UHGV virus genome: UHGV-0097046
Length of the DNA stretch: 32,754 nucleotides
Direction: 5' to 3' (one strand)
DNA from: a virus
Position 1 is the stretch's first letter, and each line of letters starts with the position of its first letter. Positions 27,089 to 32,754 of this stretch are shown piece by piece. The notes under the pieces are model-generated. The model was not told the DNA's origin. It worked only from the letters and a program-made list of their open reading frames with translations, and searched no databases. Both the position numbers and the translations under genes were made by a program.

Positions 27089-27367
27089 ATGACTGAAATT
27101 ATATATGGCGGTATCGGTGTTATCGCCTTAATTTGCGGTGGTCTTTGGAGACTTCACCGAAATCAATTAGCAACTGAAAATAGGTTATCTAAATTGGAAT
27201 CCAGCGACGCATTGTTAAACCAGAAGTTTGAGACGATGCAGAATAACCATACTCAGATTGCTGAACGTGTTTACCAAATGGAACAAACACTACACGGTAT
27301 AGAGAAGAAAGTGGTTGCGATGGATGCTAAATTTGACCAAGTTCTCGACATACTCAAACAAAAATAA
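27089..27367 (+). CDS. Membrane-anchored coiled-coil protein (92 aa); holin or i-spanin-like lysis candidate
   Basis: One N-terminal TM helix (IIYGGIGVIALICGGLW) then coiled-coil; location in lysis region. Confidence 0.45.
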   Translation: MTEIIYGGIGVIALICGGLWRLHRNQLATENRLSKLESSDALLNQKFETMQNNHTQIAERVYQMEQTLHGIEKKVVAMDAKFDQVLDILKQK

Positions 27368-27385
27368 TAATAAAGGGGTGAATAT

Positions 27386-27556
27386 ATGAAGAATAAACTT
27401 AAGAAATATTTTGGTTATCTCTTGATTGTCGCCCTCACTTATAACGTAGCTATTAGACCTCTGCTAACGTCCTTTGGGCTTGAACTCCCGGCTATGACCG
27501 TGGATGAACAATTGCTAAGGACACTGGCGGGGGGCTTTTCGTTATTAGGGGGCTAA
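27386..27556 (+). CDS. Small membrane protein (about 56 aa), holin candidate; not in ORF track
   Basis: ATG after TAAAGGGGTGAAT RBS; hydrophobic segment YFGYLLIVALTYNVAI; exact end uncertain by 1-2 nt. Confidence 0.3.
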   Translation: MKNKLKKYFGYLLIVALTYNVAIRPLLTSFGLELPAMTVDEQLLRTLAGGFSLLGG

Positions 27557-27557
27557 C

Positions 27558-28241
27558 ATGGCAACCAGTACCAATAAACGAAACGCTCTAAGGACTAAGA
27601 AAGCGTTACGGCAATGGTCTGAAAAGGCAACCGATACATTCGAAAGGGCACTAGGGGAAGGGGCGATCTTTGCTTCCAGAGCACTCCAGAAGAAGATTAA
27701 CAAGAATGTTGATAGACCTACTCGATGGACTCAACAAGCTGTAGGTAATACCAACTACAAGAACCGATCAGGGACGAGACACCAAATCTTCATCAAGGGC
27801 GCAAGGGATAAGGACAAGAAGATCGGCAGTCAGGATGACTATCTGAAACACTATTTCGATGGTGGCAAAATCAATAAGCTAGTGCCAATCGCTAACGGTA
27901 AGGTCTTAGACGCCCACGGGAACATTAAGGCCATCAAAGGCGGTAAGATGATGCGTAACATCGAAAACGGCAACTTCATCAAGGTAGAAAACAAGGAAGG
28001 AACTTTTATCATGAAGAAGTACAAGCCTAAGAAATCCCGAACCAAACGCGCTAGGAATGGATCGGCGGTGGCAAAACGTCGCTTAGAGAAACGCATCCAG
28101 AAACAGAGTAAGCGAATTGTTGCCGTTAAGTCGGATAAAATTTCTACTCGTTATTCGACGCTAGGATCGTGGGAAAGCAACGAGGAAATGATGCTTAAGA
28201 ACATTAATAAGCACATTAAATCGCGCATGAGATACGTTTAA
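27558..28241 (+). CDS. Highly basic K/R-rich protein (227 aa), function unknown
   Basis: ORF start overlaps preceding stop; about 25 percent K+R; no family recognised. Confidence 0.55.
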   Translation: MATSTNKRNALRTKKALRQWSEKATDTFERALGEGAIFASRALQKKINKNVDRPTRWTQQAVGNTNYKNRSGTRHQIFIKGARDKDKKIGSQDDYLKHYFDGGKINKLVPIANGKVLDAHGNIKAIKGGKMMRNIENGNFIKVENKEGTFIMKKYKPKKSRTKRARNGSAVAKRRLEKRIQKQSKRIVAVKSDKISTRYSTLGSWESNEEMMLKNINKHIKSRMRYV

Positions 28242-28279
28242 TCCATAAATACCCTCATAGAATCTTATGGGGGTATAAC

Positions 28280-28627
28280 ATGGCTAAAAATATTTTCACT
28301 GAATTTCCTACTTATCCGGTCGATCAGCTTTCCGGTATTTTTATTAATGGCATTAGTCCAGAATCAATGACTTATGATTTTGAGGCGAAGAGAGTTAAAC
28401 ATAAACAATATAAAGAATGTATCCGTGACCATGAAAAGGGGACCGTGTTTTGTGTCGCTACATTGGCTAAACGTCCTAAGTATCGTTTTCGTGTCGAGCA
28501 AGAAGTCGATGTAGTTAATCCTTATAGCTTTAATTGTCTGGGCGATGCACGCGCGGTGTGTGTAGGCACTGCTCCTTATTATATCAAGGGTATGCGCTTT
28601 ATTGGTTATATCTTCGAAATGATCTAA
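28280..28627 (+). CDS. Hypothetical protein (115 aa)
   Basis: ORF between basic protein and endolysin; no family recognised. Confidence 0.5.
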   Translation: MAKNIFTEFPTYPVDQLSGIFINGISPESMTYDFEAKRVKHKQYKECIRDHEKGTVFCVATLAKRPKYRFRVEQEVDVVNPYSFNCLGDARAVCVGTAPYYIKGMRFIGYIFEMI

Positions 28628-28636
28628 GGGGGTAAT

Positions 28637-28990
28637 ATGTTAAGCAAACATTTTTCTCGCAAGGAATTTAAATGTAAATGCGGAAAATGTGATTATGATA
28701 CAATCGACGCTGAATTACTGGTAATTCTTGAGGATGTACGAGAGCACTTCGGTAAACCAGTGATTATTAACAGTGGCAACCGTTGCCCGACTCATAACAA
28801 GAATGTAGGCGGGGCAGCCAATAGCTATCACGTTCGAGGCCGTGCGGCTGACATTGTTATCAAGGGTGTCTCACCTGATATTGTTCATGCTTATCTTGAT
28901 GGGAAATATCCTACTCAATACGGCTTAGGAAAATATAAAACATTTACGCATATCGATTCCAGATCAAAAAAATCACGGTGGAATGGATAA
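28637..28990 (+). CDS. Endolysin, peptidase M15 (zinc D-Ala-D-Ala carboxypeptidase / L-Ala-D-Glu peptidase-like)
   Basis: Motif SGNRCPTHNKNVGGAANSYHVRGRAADIV with H-x6-D and downstream H zinc ligands typical of M15/hedgehog-type peptidases; TAAGGGGGTAAT RBS. Confidence 0.8.
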   Translation: MLSKHFSRKEFKCKCGKCDYDTIDAELLVILEDVREHFGKPVIINSGNRCPTHNKNVGGAANSYHVRGRAADIVIKGVSPDIVHAYLDGKYPTQYGLGKYKTFTHIDSRSKKSRWNG

Positions 28991-29180
28991 AACAAAAGCG
29001 CCTCTGGTGGGCGCTTTTTTGTTAGAATATGCTGGCGACGTTAGCTATATTTCTGACTATTTTTTCATTATAGACAAATATACCGCAGACGATAAAGTCG
29101 TTTTTGACGAAGTAGATCCGTCTCTGGTTGAAGTAATGAAAGAACCGGAAGACCTAGAGCTTGATTTAAGCCAATTATAG
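28983..29180 (+). CDS. Doubtful small acidic ORF (65 aa)
   Basis: Starts inside endolysin stop region and contains the terminator hairpin at 28996-29020; may be non-coding. Confidence 0.25.
   Translation: MDKTKAPLVGAFLLEYAGDVSYISDYFFIIDKYTADDKVVFDEVDPSLVEVMKEPEDLELDLSQL
28996..29020 (+). terminator. Intrinsic terminator (aagcgcc-tctggtg-ggcgctt + TTTTTT) ending the late operon
   Basis: 7-bp stem and T6 run directly after endolysin stop. Confidence 0.7.
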
Positions 29181-29204
29181 ACTCTCTAACGCAATTAAAT
29201 TAAA

Positions 29205-29226
29205 AAGGGGTACGGATGTACCCCTT
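29205..29226 (-). terminator. Hairpin aaggggtac-ggat-gtacccctt with T-rich flank on the minus strand; terminator for the leftward recombinase operon
   Basis: 9-bp perfect stem; A-run upstream on plus strand gives a U-tract on minus-strand RNA. Confidence 0.55.
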
Positions 29227-29262
29227 AAAGCGTTTGGTTCGTTATACGGCGATTTAGGCCGC

Positions 29263-29535
29263 CTATGATTTATTTTCTTGTTCTATGAAAATCTTTCTCA
29301 CCTCATCAGAATAAATGTCTAGTGATTCCTCATAACATTTTCTGTATTCACCGTAATTACTGGTGGTCTTTTGACATAGCAATTTCAATGTCTTATGTGC
29401 TCCATCAATGAAAGCATCTTCTCTATAGGTTAGCGGTCTACGCATTTCTTGGTCTACGGTTGCCAATGCCAGGCAAGAATTCATAGATAAAATCAAACCT
29501 AAAATCTTAATCATCTTCATTAGCTTAAATTCCAA
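29263..29535 (-). CDS. Small secreted protein (about 83-90 aa) with signal peptide
   Basis: N-terminal hydrophobic segment MIKILGLILSMNSCLALA with AxA-type cleavage site; overlaps recombinase stop by 11 nt (co-transcribed). Confidence 0.55.
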   Translation of the reverse strand: MEFKLMKMIKILGLILSMNSCLALATVDQEMRRPLTYREDAFIDGAHKTLKLLCQKTTSNYGEYRKCYEESLDIYSDEVRKIFIEQENKS

Positions 29536-31219
29536 ATTCTTGTAATGGACCTGGTATTTCTTCTTCTGGTTTCCAGTTCTTATCTGTCAGCATGTCTAAA
29601 CATGGATGCAGAACAAGCCCGTTACTCTCCAGAATCTGCCTATCATTGATAGTCTTCAAATCAACGAAGATCCGGCCTTTCCTCGGTCCTCTTGAATTTT
29701 CTATTACAACTCTCTGGGTCTTGCCATCGATGTATTCCAGTACAAACAAGTTTTTGTACTTGTCAATCCTGCTACACCCGATCCGTTTTAGAGCTTGCTT
29801 AATCTTAAACCGGACCTTAATGCGATCCTCGTTGTAAACATCTTCTAAATCAAATTCTGCGAGCTTCTCCCAGCCTTGAGAGTCAACAGAATACATTTCC
29901 TCTTCTGCCATCTTAATTTGATTGTAGAGTGTTTCACGCTCGCTATTGAGGGTAGTAATCTGATCGGCTAGCTCCTTCGTTGCTCCTGTCATAGCAGAAA
30001 GGGTAATCAGGTTATCAATCTTGCGTGATATTTCATCAATCTGTACTTTCAAAGCCGGAACCGGATTAGCCTTATCTTCAGCAATCCAGATTTTATCAGC
30101 CAGCAATTGCAATACAGCTTTCTCTAATTGGTCGCCGCGAAAACTCCAGTTTGTATGCACACATTCAATACGACTAGAGCGCATTGCATCGCATGAATAA
30201 CGATATTGGTTAGGCCGTCTGTTTGTTCCTTTCACCTTAACCATAGCGGAACCGCAATGTTCACATTTCAATAGACCAACACCACTAAGCAAGGGAATAG
30301 GTTTAACTTCTTCTTTGTCTCCAAAGTTACATGCTCTAACACCAATGCTTTTCTTAAGGTGATAAAACTCAGCGTCATCTAGCACACGAGGATAATAATC
30401 CTTTAACTCATACTTAACGCCATCTACAGAGATTTCCTTGATACCAATCAAAGCGCGGGTATGGAACAACCTTTCAATCATTGCCCGTGACCAGTTTGAA
30501 TGCCTCTTGTGACTTGCGGCTGGTGGTGGTGTGTATGTCGCGTTAAGGTGATCCAGTATCTCGGCGGTTGACCGTCCATTCCTGCGTAATTCCACAACTT
30601 CCTGAACAATAGGGAAGAAGACCGGATGAGGAAGCACATAACCAGATGTGGTATCAGTCCACCACATATTCTTTCCAATTTCCTCGATTGCAACAGCCGG
30701 ATTTTGTGGATTTTCTTGATGAGCTTTAATCTTAATCAGTGCGCTTGAGTTAGTACGATTGCGCTTAGTCTGGCTTTCCTCATTACCACGGATGAATAAA
30801 AGGATGGAGAACATCAGGTCCATCGGGTTAGCGGTAACAGTATCCAGCGAGTAGATCTTGTTATCCATGCCAGTAACAATGGTTATCCCCCTACGGATGA
30901 TTGAAAGGAATAACTCCTGCGCACTGACAATATCGGCACGGGATAAACGGTCCAAGTTTTCGATGAATAGCCAGCTACCAACAGGAACGGATCTACCTAT
31001 TGCATCAAGGAAACGAGATAGCGCCCCTGTTTTGGAGTTAGCACCCTTAAACGCAGATACACCCAGATCCTGATAATCATTTACCAGTTCAAGGTCATAC
31101 TTTACCGCAATCTCTCTAGCCATCCTGATTTGTCGTTCATAACTCGAACCATCATTCTGACGCATAGACGAGAAGCGAATATACGAATACAGTTTAGTTT
31201 TCATACCATTTCCAAACAA
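29525..31219 (-). CDS. Large serine recombinase (serine integrase/resolvase family, 559-564 aa)
   Basis: N-terminal catalytic domain motifs YIRFSSMRQ (active-site Ser) and DRLSR; large C-terminal region with Cys-rich zinc-ribbon-like segment (CEHCGSAMV...YRYSCD...ECVH) and coiled-coil; track start is TTG at 31219, alternative ATG at 31204. Confidence 0.85.
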   Translation of the reverse strand: MFGNGMKTKLYSYIRFSSMRQNDGSSYERQIRMAREIAVKYDLELVNDYQDLGVSAFKGANSKTGALSRFLDAIGRSVPVGSWLFIENLDRLSRADIVSAQELFLSIIRRGITIVTGMDNKIYSLDTVTANPMDLMFSILLFIRGNEESQTKRNRTNSSALIKIKAHQENPQNPAVAIEEIGKNMWWTDTTSGYVLPHPVFFPIVQEVVELRRNGRSTAEILDHLNATYTPPPAASHKRHSNWSRAMIERLFHTRALIGIKEISVDGVKYELKDYYPRVLDDAEFYHLKKSIGVRACNFGDKEEVKPIPLLSGVGLLKCEHCGSAMVKVKGTNRRPNQYRYSCDAMRSSRIECVHTNWSFRGDQLEKAVLQLLADKIWIAEDKANPVPALKVQIDEISRKIDNLITLSAMTGATKELADQITTLNSERETLYNQIKMAEEEMYSVDSQGWEKLAEFDLEDVYNEDRIKVRFKIKQALKRIGCSRIDKYKNLFVLEYIDGKTQRVVIENSRGPRKGRIFVDLKTINDRQILESNGLVLHPCLDMLTDKNWKPEEEIPGPLQEFGI

Positions 31220-31267
31220 AAACGCCCCTACCGCGTATTATAACGATAGGGGCTAGGTGATTAAAGA

Positions 31268-31681
31268 TTAAAGAATTTCACGGCAGCTAATCAGGGAATA
31301 AGACGTATCACCTTTTTTAACATCAAATATAGGCGCGCCATCTACAGAATGCAGATATTTGATGTAGGATTTACCATCTTCGGAACCATAATATTCTTCT
31401 TTCTCGTTCTTATCTTCTTTCAGTTTTGGGCTTTTGATTGTTTTATCAAATACCGGATCGTTGAAAGCAAATTGACTATTATCATCATTCACTCGAACCT
31501 TTACACCGATAAAACCACGGTATTTGCCAGACGGCGCATGATAATAACGGTCGCCATCACGAAGATATTGTGTATCATCTCCTTTATGTTCGAAGTAGGA
31601 ATTACACACATAATAGGTATTAGCATTCGCAGCACCAACCAAACCCAGAGCAAGAACAACACCAGCGATAATCTTTTTCAT
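31268..31681 (-). CDS. Secreted protein (137 aa) with signal peptide
   Basis: MKKIIAGVVLALGLVGAANA signal sequence; two Cys; no family recognised. Confidence 0.6.
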   Translation of the reverse strand: MKKIIAGVVLALGLVGAANANTYYVCNSYFEHKGDDTQYLRDGDRYYHAPSGKYRGFIGVKVRVNDDNSQFAFNDPVFDKTIKSPKLKEDKNEKEEYYGSEDGKSYIKYLHSVDGAPIFDVKKGDTSYSLISCREIL

Positions 31682-31723
31682 AGTAGAACTTCCTCTTGTT
31701 GTTTGAATTACGATATATTTATA

Positions 31724-31852
31724 TCGTTAAAAGTTAATACTAATAATCAGACCAAACACAACCGCGCCAATCAAATCCATCCAGTCAATACACAAGCCGC
31801 TATATTCTTTCTTGAATGTCTTAGATGAAATGCCATCATGAAATTGTTTCAT
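31724..31852 (-). CDS. Tiny membrane peptide candidate (about 42 aa, MKQFHDGISSKTFKKEYSGLCIDWMDLIGAVVFGLIISINF); a second about 25-aa hydrophobic peptide lies just upstream (about 31855-31935)
   Basis: GGGGTGA and GGAG RBS-like sequences before each ATG; C-terminal TM segment; below ORF-track cutoff; coordinates approximate. Confidence 0.3.
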
Positions 31853-31953
31853 TGCTCACCCCATACTAACGACAATATAAGAAAGACTAATCATAGTTGT
31901 GAGACTACCTCCCACGAATGAGATAAAAGCTAACATGTTTGATTCTCCAGTTT

Positions 31954-31979
31954 AAAAAGCGGTGGGAATTGCACCCACC
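31954..31979 (-). terminator. Minus-strand intrinsic terminator (hairpin ggtggg/cccacc followed by GCTTTTT on the minus strand)
   Basis: 6-bp stem, 7-nt loop, U-tract on minus-strand RNA immediately after stop of 31983..32423. Confidence 0.5.
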
Positions 31980-31982
31980 AAA

Positions 31983-32423
31983 TTAGAAATTAATTAAGCG
32001 CGAACGATGGTCAGAGTATCCAGCAAACCTTTTTTCGTATAATTCGAAACACGTTTTATATTGCTCAATCTTCCAACCGTAGCGGGTAATCTTATTCAGT
32101 AGAACAATCACGGTATTCTCATCTAGGTATTGTCCTTGCTGTCCAATTACATAAGTCTCACGATTCAATCTCAGCTTACGGAAACCTTTAACACCTAATT
32201 CCTTAGCCACTGCTTTAATCTCTTTAATCTCACCTTCTGCGGCTACATATTCAGCGTCGATAATCTCAGGTGATGATCTCAGTGCTACCAGAACTAAGGC
32301 CATTGCTTCTTCTTCGGTACGAGCAACACCAGCTTTCTCGAAAGTCATCTCACCAAATTTACGAATCATGATATTGAACATTGTCTGTATTCCGTTTAAA
32401 TCTGCGGGAATAGTACCCGCCAA
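31983..32423 (-). CDS. Hypothetical protein (133-146 aa)
   Basis: Track start is TTG; first ATG (MFNIMIRKF...) about 42 nt downstream is preferred because a hairpin (gcggg...cccgc) occupies the upstream part. Confidence 0.5.
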   Translation of the reverse strand: MAGTIPADLNGIQTMFNIMIRKFGEMTFEKAGVARTEEEAMALVLVALRSSPEIIDAEYVAAEGEIKEIKAVAKELGVKGFRKLRLNRETYVIGQQGQYLDENTVIVLLNKITRYGWKIEQYKTCFELYEKRFAGYSDHRSRLINF

Positions 32424-32431
32424 ATTAGAAA

Positions 32432-32704
32432 TTACTTCTTGCTGATAAACTCTTTAGCGATAAAGTTGATTACTTCTTTCAGCTTCTTGTCTGTATCGAT
32501 GCACGCTGGTAATTCTTCTTTAATATCCTGCGGCAGATACACATTGCCTTTAAAGTGGAGGAAACCATCATTACCAATCATGTAGGAGAACATCCATTCA
32601 CAATCGTTATCCGCTTCCCAGAGCGCCACGGTCTCATCGTCAATCAAGGTAATGTCCATGTTGCGACGCGCTGCGTAGTTGATGATTGCTTTACCGATGT
32701 TCAT
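32432..32704 (-). CDS. Hypothetical small acidic protein (90 aa from ATG at 32704)
   Basis: GAGGGGG RBS 8 nt upstream of the internal ATG (MNIGKAII...); the track start at 32728 lacks an RBS. Confidence 0.5.
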   Translation of the reverse strand: MNIGKAIINYAARRNMDITLIDDETVALWEADNDCEWMFSYMIGNDGFLHFKGNVYLPQDIKEELPACIDTDKKLKEVINFIAKEFISKK

Positions 32705-32754
32705 TGTTGTACCCCCTCGTGTTATCATGGGTACATGATATTAGGGAAACCTAA

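Noticed and set aside
28983-29180. 65-aa ORF after the endolysin as a spanin or lysis gene
   Set aside because: Begins within the endolysin stop region, contains the operon terminator hairpin and lacks an RBS; kept only as a low-confidence feature
1-32754. CRISPR arrays, rRNA genes, transposase or IS elements
   Set aside because: No regularly spaced identical direct repeats with unique spacers, no rRNA-like conserved stretches, and no terminal inverted repeats flanking a transposase-like ORF were seen

Overview
The window reads as a lambda-like siphovirus (tailed phage or prophage) from an enterobacterial-type host; all calls rest on reading the translated ORFs and DNA by eye, with no database search run. 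Layout: (i) 1-5580, an early/regulatory arm with leftward genes (acidic 331-aa protein, small Hin-type HTH proteins), a 1.2-kb non-coding control region (three LexA-like CTG-N10-CAG boxes, CCTACAC iteron-like repeats, palindromes, UUCG hairpins) and rightward early genes including a Rha-family regulator; (ii) 5584-28990, one rightward late operon: lambda gpA-like large terminase, lambda gpB-like portal, a single-polypeptide prohead protease-acidic linker-HK97-fold major capsid fusion, head-completion genes, a 1202-aa repeat-rich tail fiber with C-terminal intramolecular chaperone (S74-type) domain, gpV-like major tail protein, G/T chaperone pair, tape measure, M/L/K-like tip proteins, a 1258-aa gpJ-like host-specificity protein, and a lysis region with an M15-type peptidase endolysin; (iii) 29263-32728, a leftward accessory arm with a large serine recombinase, two small secreted proteins, two tiny hydrophobic peptides and two unknown small proteins. 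The most unusual observation is that the major capsid and major tail genes both end in TGA followed by a ~42-codon in-frame open extension ending in the same basic peptide (VTAKATAKRGRK[P/A]K) and the same terminator design, suggesting programmed stop-codon readthrough that tags both abundant structural proteins. No CRISPR array, rRNA or convincing tRNA was seen. CDS coordinates follow the supplied ORF track; hand-derived coordinates (small ORFs, motifs, hairpins) may be off by 1-2 nt, because my hand count disagreed with the track by 1 nt in a few places.
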